Below, in pieces: positions 19,515 through 28,209 of a DNA stretch of 52,522 nt. A model generated the notes under the pieces. It searched no databases and had not been told where the DNA came from. It was given only the letters and a program-made list of their open reading frames with translations. The stretch lies in IMG/VR virus record IMGVR_UViG_3300032216_000546, positions 1 to 52,522 of that record; one strand, given 5' to 3'. Numbering within the stretch: position 1 is the stretch's first letter; each line of letters starts with the position of its first letter. The DNA comes from a virus. Taxonomy: Duplodnaviria > Caudoviricetes. Made by a program: the position numbers and the translations under genes.

Positions 19515-20750
19515 ATGGCTAGTATTATCAATGCAGGAACTTCGGGTGGGCTAATTTCCACAGGTGACACAAGTGGTCAGTTGCAATTACAGACAGCAGG
19601 GACAACTGCTCTCACGGTGACTTCTGCTCAACTGGTTGGGGTTGGTACTACGAGTCCTTTGGGGACTCTTGGGGTTGTGGGTTCAGCTACAACAACTATT
19701 GTTATACCTTGTTCTTCTAATGGAACTACTGGATCGCCTGTTGAAACACAAATTATTGGTTCCACATATACAAACGGTTCCTATGGTGCAGGAATCTATG
19801 CTCTAAACGCTTTTAATAGCAGTTCTGCAAATTGGCTTACATTTAAAACTACAGACACTGGCAATGGATCTCCAGTAGAGCGTATGCGTATTACAAGCGC
19901 AGGTAATGTAGGTATAGGTACAACTAGTCCTAATGCCGCATTAACTATTCAAGGAGCACAAACTAATCTTGATACAAACATATATGCAACGGCAGTTGTT
20001 AGAAGTAGTACGGCATATAACGCAAGTCCTAAATCAGGATTAGCATTTGGCGTTCAATACAATACAAGCGGTGATTATGTCTATGGGAGTAGCATTCAAT
20101 GTTATAAAGTTACAGCCACTAACAATGATTTTGGGACAGGGCTAAGATTTACTACTCAAACAAATGGTGCTGGTCCATCAATTAACATGACATTAGATGA
20201 TGGTGGAAACCTATTGGTGGGGACTACAAGTTTATTGTCGCAAACAGCTAGACTAACTGTTGTTTCAGGTGGTAATGCCATAGTTATGCAAGTTCCAAAT
20301 GGAAACACAGCATTTCAAACAACAAATACAAGTGGTACAGGTTCTTACTATGCCGCTATTTGGGGTAACAACGGAAACACGTTTTCTACTTGTGGTTACA
20401 TACAAGTAAGCGGAACATCAACATCTTACAACACAGGTTCTGATTACCGCCTAAAAGAAGATGTTCAACCAATGACAGGTGCATTGGCAAAAGTAGCATT
20501 ATTAAAACCTGTAACCTACAAATGGAAAGCAGATGGTTCTGATGGCGAAGGTTTTATCGCCCATGAGTTAGCAGAAGTATGTCCTCATGCAGTATCAGGT
20601 GAAAAAGATGCGCTAAAAGAAGATGGTTCAATCATGCCTCAAGGTATCGACACATCATTTTTGGTGGCAACATTGACTGCGGCAATCCAAGAACTCTCTA
20701 CCCAACTAACAGAACTCAAGGCAGAAGTTGCCACATTAAGAGGAGCATAA
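19515..20750 (+). CDS. Second tail fibre with intramolecular chaperone
   Basis: GNVGIGTTSP; SDYRLKEDV, LKPVTYKWK and GFIAHEL. Confidence 0.88.
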   Translation: MASIINAGTSGGLISTGDTSGQLQLQTAGTTALTVTSAQLVGVGTTSPLGTLGVVGSATTTIVIPCSSNGTTGSPVETQIIGSTYTNGSYGAGIYALNAFNSSSANWLTFKTTDTGNGSPVERMRITSAGNVGIGTTSPNAALTIQGAQTNLDTNIYATAVVRSSTAYNASPKSGLAFGVQYNTSGDYVYGSSIQCYKVTATNNDFGTGLRFTTQTNGAGPSINMTLDDGGNLLVGTTSLLSQTARLTVVSGGNAIVMQVPNGNTAFQTTNTSGTGSYYAAIWGNNGNTFSTCGYIQVSGTSTSYNTGSDYRLKEDVQPMTGALAKVALLKPVTYKWKADGSDGEGFIAHELAEVCPHAVSGEKDALKEDGSIMPQGIDTSFLVATLTAAIQELSTQLTELKAEVATLRGA

Positions 20751-20751
20751 G

Positions 20752-21897
20752 ATGACCACAGTTATTTCGGGTTCAAGTCCAAGCATCACCTTCTCAGATG
20801 CGACTACGCAGACAACTGCGTTTCAAAATTCAGCCACAGTAAGCATCAATGCACAGAATACCTTTGGATTTAAGAATCGTATTATCAATGGTGGGATGGT
20901 TATTGACCAAAGAAATGGAGGGTCTACAGTAAGTGCGGTTGCTAACAATGTCTATTTGTTAGACAGAATGAAATTTACTGGATCAGCATCAGTAAGTGGC
21001 AAATTTAATTTTGCTCAAAATTTAAATAGCGTTACACCACCCACAGGATTTTCATATTATTCAGGATTTCAAACTGCAACTTCTTATACAGTAAGTGGAA
21101 GTGATGCGGCAGTTTACGAACAATTAATTGAAGGTTATAACATTGCAGACATGGCATTTGGAACAGCATCTGCAAAAGCGTTTACTATATCTTTTTGGGT
21201 TTATTCAAGTCTTACTGGAACTTTTGGTGGATGTTTGAAGAATAGTGGATATGCATATTCTTATCCTTTTACTTATTCAATTCCAACTGCAAACACATGG
21301 ACGTACATAACGATAAATGTGACCGCACCAACTGGTAGTTCTTGGAATTCAACTAATGCCGTTGGTTTAAGAGTAATGTTTGGATTGGGTGTAGGGGCAA
21401 CATCATCAGGTACTGCAAATGGAACTTGGCAATCAGCAGATTATTATTCTGCAACAGGTGCAGTTAGCGTTCTTGGTACTGCATCAGCCACTTGGTATGT
21501 CACAGGAGTACAACTAGAAGTAGGTACACAAGCCACAAGTTTTGATTTCAGAGATTATGGGCGTGAGTTGATTTTGTGTCAGAGGTATTATTGGAAATCT
21601 ATTGCTACTAATGGTGGACAGACTCGAATTTCAATGGGATTAGCTTTTAGCACTGGTAGTACAAGTCAACACGCAGTTATGTATCCAGTTGAAATGAGAG
21701 CAACTCCAACTATCAATTCTTTAAGTGGAAATTACCTATATAACCCTGTTATTGGTGGGGCAACTATTACATCATTATCTTTGGATGGAGCATCGAGTTC
21801 AGGAACTGGTCTTGCTACAGCAGGTTCTACTAGCTTAATAGCACAAAATTCATGGTCATTGTTTAATGCAACTATTCAGTTTTCATCGGAGTTATAA
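20752..21897 (+). CDS. Tail fibre/carbohydrate-binding receptor protein
   Basis: FKNRIINGGMVIDQR and VQLEVGTQATSF..ELILCQRYY. Confidence 0.75.
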   Translation: MTTVISGSSPSITFSDATTQTTAFQNSATVSINAQNTFGFKNRIINGGMVIDQRNGGSTVSAVANNVYLLDRMKFTGSASVSGKFNFAQNLNSVTPPTGFSYYSGFQTATSYTVSGSDAAVYEQLIEGYNIADMAFGTASAKAFTISFWVYSSLTGTFGGCLKNSGYAYSYPFTYSIPTANTWTYITINVTAPTGSSWNSTNAVGLRVMFGLGVGATSSGTANGTWQSADYYSATGAVSVLGTASATWYVTGVQLEVGTQATSFDFRDYGRELILCQRYYWKSIATNGGQTRISMGLAFSTGSTSQHAVMYPVEMRATPTINSLSGNYLYNPVIGGATITSLSLDGASSSGTGLATAGSTSLIAQNSWSLFNATIQFSSEL

Positions 21898-22104
21898 ATG
21901 TATAAGTTATATTATTATTCTAATGGTTCTATTGCAAATGCAGTTTTTCGCACAACTGATAATGTTTGCATACCACTTGACCCTGACAACACAGACTACC
22001 AACAATTCAAAAAAGACTTGGCTGAAGGAGCATCTTTAAAAGACGCAGAAGGCAACGACATGACTGCTGAACAAATCACTGCGTTCTTGGGAACACTTGC
22101 ATAA
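21898..22104 (+). CDS. Putative tail fibre assembly chaperone
   Basis: IPLDPDNTDYQQF motif immediately after the fibre gene. Confidence 0.6.
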   Translation: MYKLYYYSNGSIANAVFRTTDNVCIPLDPDNTDYQQFKKDLAEGASLKDAEGNDMTAEQITAFLGTLA

Positions 22105-22244
22105 TGGACAAAATCACACTACCTATCAATCTTCTTAACGCCATCATGGGCTACTTAGGTAAGCAACCCTATGACCAAGTGTTCCAATTAATTGCTGAAG
22201 TGCAGAAAGAGGCACAGGCACAGACTCCTCCCCCGCAGGAATAA
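22104..22244 (+). CDS. 46-aa hypothetical protein (not in ORF track)
   Basis: MDKITLPINLLNAIMGYLGKQPYDQVFQLIAEVQKEAQAQTPPPQE; TAATG coupling on both sides. Confidence 0.75.
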   Translation: MDKITLPINLLNAIMGYLGKQPYDQVFQLIAEVQKEAQAQTPPPQE

Positions 22245-22800
22245 TGGATCCAATTACCATCTTTGCGGCTTGTAAGGCGGCGCATGCGGGCATCAAAGAA
22301 TGCGTGGAGCTTTATAACCAGTTTAAAGAAGATGGTAAAGACCTATCAGGGATAGTCACCGACATCAGTCAACATTTGGGTAAGTTCTTCACGCACAACG
22401 AAGAGTTCAAAGTTGCTGAGAAGGAATCCCAAAAGGTTCCTTTACCCAAAAATATATCCATCAACGAAGAGGCAATGAACAGAGTTCTTCGTCAAGAGCA
22501 GATGCAACAGATGGAAACTGAATTGCGTGAAATGATTATCTATCAGGTAGGGATGCCGGGACTCTGGTCTAAGTTTGCTGACATGCGTGAAGTCGTTAGG
22601 AAAGAACGTGAGAAAGTTGAGCGTGAACAAAAAAAGCCGTGGCAGAAGCTGCGTACAAACGCAGACTTCTTATTCAAAAGTACCAAGTACGAGCAACACT
22701 GTGCGCTGCAATTTTGATTGTATTTCTTGAGTTTGTCGGGCTGATGTACTACGTACACAACGAGTATCAAAAGTCAAAACATCACATAGAAAGCAAATAA
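22244..22800 (+). CDS. Lysis-adjacent protein with predicted -1 frameshift (157-aa form ends at 22717; 185-aa TM-anchored form ends at 22800)
   Basis: In-frame A_AAA_AAG at 22630-22636 and hairpin at 22644-22670. The -1 frame encodes a TM helix and stops at TAA overlapping the next ATG. Confidence 0.7.
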
Positions 22801-23021
22801 TGGATTTTTTAAAAAACATAGTAACCGGCAAGGACAACGAGACACACGACATTGGTCGCTGGTCTTGGGTCCTTTCTTTTTTGGCGGTAGTCATCATTGG
22901 TATATGGCAAGTCGTTAACGGTAACGCCGTGTCGTTGCGCGAGCTTGCTGAATCCCTGGGTCTTGTGTCAGGGGCACACAGCGCCTCGCTTTGGGCCAAG
23001 AAAGACACTGAGCCACAATGA
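22800..23021 (+). CDS. Putative holin
   Basis: 73 aa with one or two hydrophobic segments; directly upstream of spanins and endolysin. Confidence 0.55.
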   Translation: MDFLKNIVTGKDNETHDIGRWSWVLSFLAVVIIGIWQVVNGNAVSLRELAESLGLVSGAHSASLWAKKDTEPQ

Positions 23022-23458
23022 GACTGGTTCCGCTTTTATTACTTATCTGGGGTTTATCTTCTTGGTACATGTTCCATAAAGGGTACGTACAAGCTGAACT
23101 GGAACAAGCGGCAGTTACGGCCCAAGCAAACATAGAGGCCAGGGACGTTGAACAGAAACACGCAAAACAAGTCACTGATTTGGCTTATGAACTCAAGAAA
23201 GCAAACGACGATGTTAAAACAACTAAGCTGCGCGCTGACGTGCGCTCTGGCGCTTTGCGCTTGTCAGTCCCTGCCTCCTGTACCGTACTCAGCGCCGAAG
23301 GCGCCGGAGCTGCCTCCGGAGATAGGACAGAAGCGAGAGCCGAACTTGACCCAAAGACTGCTGACGATCTTATCGCCATCACAAAAGACGGCGATGACGC
23401 AATCAGGCAACTGAACGCCTGTATTGATGCATACGCAATTGTGAAAGACACTAAATGA
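23018..23458 (+). CDS. Rz: Rz-like inner-membrane spanin
   Basis: N-terminal TM, LRADVRSGALRLSV, RAELDP and GDDAIRQLNACIDAY. Confidence 0.88.
   Translation: MRLVPLLLLIWGLSSWYMFHKGYVQAELEQAAVTAQANIEARDVEQKHAKQVTDLAYELKKANDDVKTTKLRADVRSGALRLSVPASCTVLSAEGAGAASGDRTEARAELDPKTADDLIAITKDGDDAIRQLNACIDAYAIVKDTK
23211..23414 (+). CDS. Rz1: Rz1-like outer-membrane lipoprotein spanin, nested in Rz
   Basis: +1 frame; MLKQLSCALTCALALCAC lipobox-like signal followed by a Pro-rich segment. Confidence 0.7.
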   Translation: MLKQLSCALTCALALCACQSLPPVPYSAPKAPELPPEIGQKREPNLTQRLLTILSPSQKTAMTQSGN

Positions 23459-23907
23459 CATTCACTTACTCTAAAGACGGACTACACAACACTGAGCACT
23501 TTGAGGGACTTAGTCTCAAGGCGTATCCAGACCCTGGCACGGGCGGCGCCCCCTGGACCATTGGATACGGCCACACAGGCCCTGAAGTGCATCCAGGCAT
23601 GGTGATCACCCAGGACCAGGCAGAGGCCTACCTGATGGCCGATGTGCAAAAGGCGGCGGACTTTGTAAACAAGAATGTAAAGTCAAACATTACACAGTCT
23701 CAGTTTGATGCACTGGTTGATTTTGCGTTCAATTGCGGGTGTGGCAACCTGGCCAACTCAACACTACTTAAAAAGATCAACGCAGGCGACATGCACGGTG
23801 CGGCTGAAGAATTCCCCAAATGGAACAAAGCCGCCGGCCATGTGATGGCGGGTCTGGTAAAACGCCGTGAAGCCGAGGTTGAAATGTTCTTAAAAGGAAT
23901 GTCATGA
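23455..23907 (+). CDS. Endolysin, GH24 (T4-like lysozyme)
   Basis: FEGLSLKAYPD..WTIGYG (catalytic E, D and T residues), QFDALVDFAFN and GLVKRREAE. Confidence 0.93.
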   Translation: MTFTYSKDGLHNTEHFEGLSLKAYPDPGTGGAPWTIGYGHTGPEVHPGMVITQDQAEAYLMADVQKAADFVNKNVKSNITQSQFDALVDFAFNCGCGNLANSTLLKKINAGDMHGAAEEFPKWNKAAGHVMAGLVKRREAEVEMFLKGMS

Positions 23908-24524
23908 TAAGCGCACAAACAATGACGTATGACAGTCTGGTAACGGACGTCATAAGGTACTCAGAACGTGTTGACCCCGGGTTTGTTACACAAATACCGC
24001 GTTTGATCATGTTGACAGAACAAGGCATTGCCTCCCAGATCAAAACACTGATGCAGTTGATTGTTGTTGACACAACCCTAACTGCCGGCTCTTCTGTTAT
24101 TCAAAAACCTGTGCGTTGGAGAAAAACAGTCAGCATGAAAATCAACGGCGCGCCAATTGTGAACCGTTCAATGGATTACATAACAATGTACCAAAACGAG
24201 TCCACTCAGGGACAGCCGCTGTATTATGGCGACTATGACTATGACCACTGGGCTTTGGCTCCAGTGCCGGCTAGTAACTACCCTGTTGAGATTATTTACT
24301 ACAGCAGAATACAGCCCTTGGACCTTGAAAACCAAGAGAATCTTTTAACCAGAGAGGCACCACAGGCGCTTCTTTACGGTACACTATTACAGGCACAAGG
24401 ATTCTTGAAAAGCCTGGATAAAATTCCTGTGTGGCAAAAGTACTACGATGACGCAATTGCTGCACTCAAAGGCGAAGATCAACGCCGTATGGTTGATCGA
24501 AACACTGTTAGACAGGAACCCTAA
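23904..24524 (+). CDS. Tail adaptor/tubular protein A-like
   Basis: LAPVP..YPVEIIYY, APQALLYGTL; podoviral tail context. Confidence 0.6.
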   Translation: MISAQTMTYDSLVTDVIRYSERVDPGFVTQIPRLIMLTEQGIASQIKTLMQLIVVDTTLTAGSSVIQKPVRWRKTVSMKINGAPIVNRSMDYITMYQNESTQGQPLYYGDYDYDHWALAPVPASNYPVEIIYYSRIQPLDLENQENLLTREAPQALLYGTLLQAQGFLKSLDKIPVWQKYYDDAIAALKGEDQRRMVDRNTVRQEP

Positions 24525-25796
24525 ATGACAACATACACCTCGCCTTTTACCGGCAACGTAATTCAACCAACGGATGTAAGTTACGCGTATGTTGCGTTAA
24601 CTGGCAGTTTGCAACTGTATTGGCCACAGTACGTTAATGCGTCTCAGCAAGTAGCGTCCAGAATCATGGATGTTACAGCAACAAGCGGTTCTTATTTTAT
24701 TCTACCTGACGCAACACAGGCGTCTGTCGGACAAGACATACTGATTAGGAACGTGGGCACAGTACCTTTTACTGTGCAACGTTTTTCTGGAACAGGCTCG
24801 TTTACTGTTGCTGTTGGCCAAGCGGTGTACACATACATCACCAACAACTCAACACAGGCAGGCACCTGGGGTGTTATTGCATACGGCGCCAGCACGTCTT
24901 ATGCCGACGCGGCCACGTTGGCAGGCAACAGCACCACAGCGGTGTTGGGTAAGTTAGAGACTGCGTTGATCACTAACCAGTTTGTTACCGTGCCAGTTAT
25001 TGACGAAACGTATCGCGGCAACTGCATGGTATGGACTGGCGGTGCAGCCACTTGGGTACTGCCTGCCGTGGCCACACTGTCTGCCGGTTGGTTTATTTTG
25101 GTACGTAACAACGGGACAGGCGCGTTGACAATCAACACATCTTCCGTTTCATCAACCATTGACGGACAAGTAAACATCACATTGCCTTTGGGAGACTCGT
25201 GTTTTATTTGCGTCAACAGAGACGTGGCCGTTCAAGACTTTTTTACCGTTGGTCGCTCCAGACCAAACAGCTTGACATTTTCCTCGTCAACATACGATGT
25301 TGACACAGTGTCTGGTTCAACATTAAGTTTAATTAGTAACACGCCTATTATTCAACGTTTTATTGCGTTGAGTGGAACACGAACAACCTCTTTGTTGGTT
25401 CAGTTACCTGCTGTTACACAGGTGTATTATTTGTTGAACGACACTAATCATGCTGGATATACCGTTCAATTTCAAGTACAAGGAAGTTCACAAACACCAT
25501 TGAGTGTATTAAACAACACGCAGGCTATTGTTCTTAGCGACGGCAACAACTTGTATCCACTTATTCAAAGTTCGATAGGCTCGTTAAATGTTTCCCGTGG
25601 ATCTGCTGCAGCTCCATCGTATACATTTTCTGCCGATCCTGTAACAGGTCTTTATTCCCCCAATAATACGCAATTAGGGTTTACTGTTGGCGGCACTAAT
25701 ATTGCCACCATGGACGGCACCGGCGGGGTGGGTAATTTTATAACTACGTTTATTGGTAGGGTGCAGGCGGATCTAATCACAGGGGGTGCGTTTTAA
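24525..25796 (+). CDS. Tail/baseplate structural protein
   Basis: Thr/Ser-rich beta repeats; GSAAAPSYTFSADPVTGLYSP. Confidence 0.65.
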   Translation: MTTYTSPFTGNVIQPTDVSYAYVALTGSLQLYWPQYVNASQQVASRIMDVTATSGSYFILPDATQASVGQDILIRNVGTVPFTVQRFSGTGSFTVAVGQAVYTYITNNSTQAGTWGVIAYGASTSYADAATLAGNSTTAVLGKLETALITNQFVTVPVIDETYRGNCMVWTGGAATWVLPAVATLSAGWFILVRNNGTGALTINTSSVSSTIDGQVNITLPLGDSCFICVNRDVAVQDFFTVGRSRPNSLTFSSSTYDVDTVSGSTLSLISNTPIIQRFIALSGTRTTSLLVQLPAVTQVYYLLNDTNHAGYTVQFQVQGSSQTPLSVLNNTQAIVLSDGNNLYPLIQSSIGSLNVSRGSAAAPSYTFSADPVTGLYSPNNTQLGFTVGGTNIATMDGTGGVGNFITTFIGRVQADLITGGAF

Positions 25797-27931
25797 TGTC
25801 CACAGCACCAGCTAACGACCCTAATAAAATATTTACGCTTTTTGTCAAGCCTGGCATTAAGCGTGATGGTACAAAGTACGAGGGCGATCAATTTGGCGAC
25901 GGTCGTTGGATTCGTTTTCAACGGGGCAAGGCCCAGAAGATGAACGGGTACAGGCAGATGTTTGCCTCCCCCACTGGAATACCTCGCGGCATTATTACCA
26001 ACCCACAAAATGGCGTTAACTACATTTTTGTGGGCAACTCAACGGGTATTGAGGTTTATAACACAGGCACCAACCAAGGTGTTGGTGTAGGTCCTTTCCA
26101 GGTTGAATTTAATAACACGTATGCCGTAACTGCGGTCAACAGTGGGCCATCAACTCTTGACGTTGTGGGTAACCAGACTGCTGTATTTACCAACGGCTCA
26201 ACATTCTGGGCGTACAACACATCTAACGTAAGAACCAACTATACAGTTAGTGCCATATCAACATACAACTCCGGAACGAATAGAACAACAGTTACGTTGT
26301 CTTCTTTGACTGGTTTGCCTACAGCGCCGTTTCAAGTATACAAACCACTTGGAATTACAGCCAACGCAAATTACTTGTGGCAGTTTGATATTGCGTTTGA
26401 TTCTAGCGGCGGTGGTAACTCTAAATTGCTTGCACACCCAGGTCAAAACTTAAACAACATCGACTCTGGTGTTGAAAGCACGCTGTACTCTGGTAACTTT
26501 TTACCAGACCCCACAACTGGAAAATACATACTTGTTCAAGTGGTTGATTGCACTGGAGCACAACCTACATACAAACCAATTAGTGTAAGTGGTGGCGTAG
26601 TTGCTTTACAACCGTTTGTCATGGTGTACGGCAATTATGGCCAAATAGCTAACAATAATGTTGTGTTTAATTCCAGCACAAACAACGTACAAACGTTTAC
26701 CGACTGGAATGGAACATTGGCTAACAGTGTTAACGCAGCGGCCGGAAAAATTGTTAAGGGAATGCCTATACGTGGAGGCACGTCGTCTCCTTCTGCGTTA
26801 TTATGGGCCACAGACTCTCTTGTTAGGGCTTCATTTACAGCAACAACGCCGTACTACTGGCGCTATGACATTGTTGCAAATCAAATTTCTATCATGTCAT
26901 CCAACGCAGTTGTTGATATGGATGGCGTCTATTTTTGGATGGGCACTGATCGGTTCTATATTTATAACGGCACTGTTAAAGTTTTACCAAACGATAAAAA
27001 CGTAAACTATCTTTTTGATAACTTGAATTTTAATCAACGTCAAAAAGTGTGGGCAACCAAAGTGCCGCGTTATAACGAAGTGTGGTGGTTCTACCCAAGA
27101 GGTTCGGCAACAGAGTGCACCGATGCTATTGTGTACAACGTTAAAGATGACATCTGGTATGACGCTGGTGAAGCCGACGGGGCACGTCGTTCTTGTGGCT
27201 ACATGACCGAGGTGTTCCCTTACCCCATTTGGTGTTCGTGGGAATTCACAGGCAGAATTGGCCAGACGTATACAGTGTTGTACGGTCCAAGTCACGGTTC
27301 AGCGCCAGTCACAAACACGTATCAAATTGTTTGTGCAGGCGACTTATCAACCAACCCCCCTGGCACATACATGGTGTTTAACAGCCCTGTTACTCCTGAT
27401 TTTAGTAACATTGTTCAACTTACCAACGCAACATTTACTGCAACCACAACCGGTGGCTATACTGTTATGACGTTTGCAACAACCATCCCCGCTGGTGTGA
27501 CAGTAGGCAGCACTGTATCGCAGGCAACTGGAGGATACTCTATTTGGGAACATGAGTTTGGTAAAAACAAAGTGACAGACATTCAGGAGTATGCAATTGA
27601 GTCTTATGCGGAATCTTGTGATATTAGCTGGATCGGCGGTACTCCTGCTGATGATACTACCATTACAGCTAATCGTCGCATGCATATTACGCGTATTGAA
27701 CCTGATTTTAAGCAAGTCGGGGATATGACCTTGGACATTATTGGAAGACCCTTTGCGCAAGCAGATGTGGAGTTCCAGGGGCCCTATACGTTTACAGACA
27801 ATGACGGTAAGATTGACCTTCGCGCGGAACACAGGCTTGTTAATTTAAGGTTTGGTAGCAACGTGATTGACGGCGACTTTGCTTTTGGCCGTATCATGAT
27901 CACGGCAGAACTTGGTGACGAGCGCCCATGA
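25796..27931 (+). CDS. Tail tubular protein B / P22 gp10-like stabilisation protein
   Basis: PGIKRDGT, RFQRG..KMNG, FWMGTDRFYIYNG and YNEVWWFYP; beta-propeller-like size. Confidence 0.7.
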   Translation: MSTAPANDPNKIFTLFVKPGIKRDGTKYEGDQFGDGRWIRFQRGKAQKMNGYRQMFASPTGIPRGIITNPQNGVNYIFVGNSTGIEVYNTGTNQGVGVGPFQVEFNNTYAVTAVNSGPSTLDVVGNQTAVFTNGSTFWAYNTSNVRTNYTVSAISTYNSGTNRTTVTLSSLTGLPTAPFQVYKPLGITANANYLWQFDIAFDSSGGGNSKLLAHPGQNLNNIDSGVESTLYSGNFLPDPTTGKYILVQVVDCTGAQPTYKPISVSGGVVALQPFVMVYGNYGQIANNNVVFNSSTNNVQTFTDWNGTLANSVNAAAGKIVKGMPIRGGTSSPSALLWATDSLVRASFTATTPYYWRYDIVANQISIMSSNAVVDMDGVYFWMGTDRFYIYNGTVKVLPNDKNVNYLFDNLNFNQRQKVWATKVPRYNEVWWFYPRGSATECTDAIVYNVKDDIWYDAGEADGARRSCGYMTEVFPYPIWCSWEFTGRIGQTYTVLYGPSHGSAPVTNTYQIVCAGDLSTNPPGTYMVFNSPVTPDFSNIVQLTNATFTATTTGGYTVMTFATTIPAGVTVGSTVSQATGGYSIWEHEFGKNKVTDIQEYAIESYAESCDISWIGGTPADDTTITANRRMHITRIEPDFKQVGDMTLDIIGRPFAQADVEFQGPYTFTDNDGKIDLRAEHRLVNLRFGSNVIDGDFAFGRIMITAELGDERP

Positions 27932-28161
27932 TCATTGAATTCTTACCTGACTACACGTCGTGGGACGATTGGAACGGCAACTTAGTTCATTATTTTTCAG
28001 AGCAACAGTTTCCTGTTGTGCCAGAAACACAATGGAGAGAAGTTGCTTCTTCTATTGCGTCTAATCCTGAATTTGATCGATACGTTATTCCCGACAACAC
28101 CGCTTTTCCTAGTTGGCAAGACTGGGCAAGGGCGCTGATTGTTTCTGTTAACGGGGCATAA
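27928..28161 (+). CDS. Small Trp-rich tail-module protein
   Basis: ATGA coupling; WQDWA motif. Confidence 0.7.
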   Translation: MIIEFLPDYTSWDDWNGNLVHYFSEQQFPVVPETQWREVASSIASNPEFDRYVIPDNTAFPSWQDWARALIVSVNGA

Positions 28162-28173
28162 GATTACCCAGAA

Positions 28174-28194
28174 ATGGGTAATTCTCTATAGGAT
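28174..28194 (+). promoter_or_regulatory. Motif copy 4
   Basis: ATGGGTA ATTCTCTA TAGGAT; overlaps the hairpin ATTACCCA-GAAA-TGGGTAAT (28163-28182). Confidence 0.6.
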
Positions 28195-28209
28195 AACTAA
28201 ACCAAAATC

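Noticed and set aside
17527-21897. Diversity-generating retroelement acting on tail fibres
   Set aside because: No reverse transcriptase and no ~100-bp template/variable repeat pair with adenine-specific mismatches were seen.
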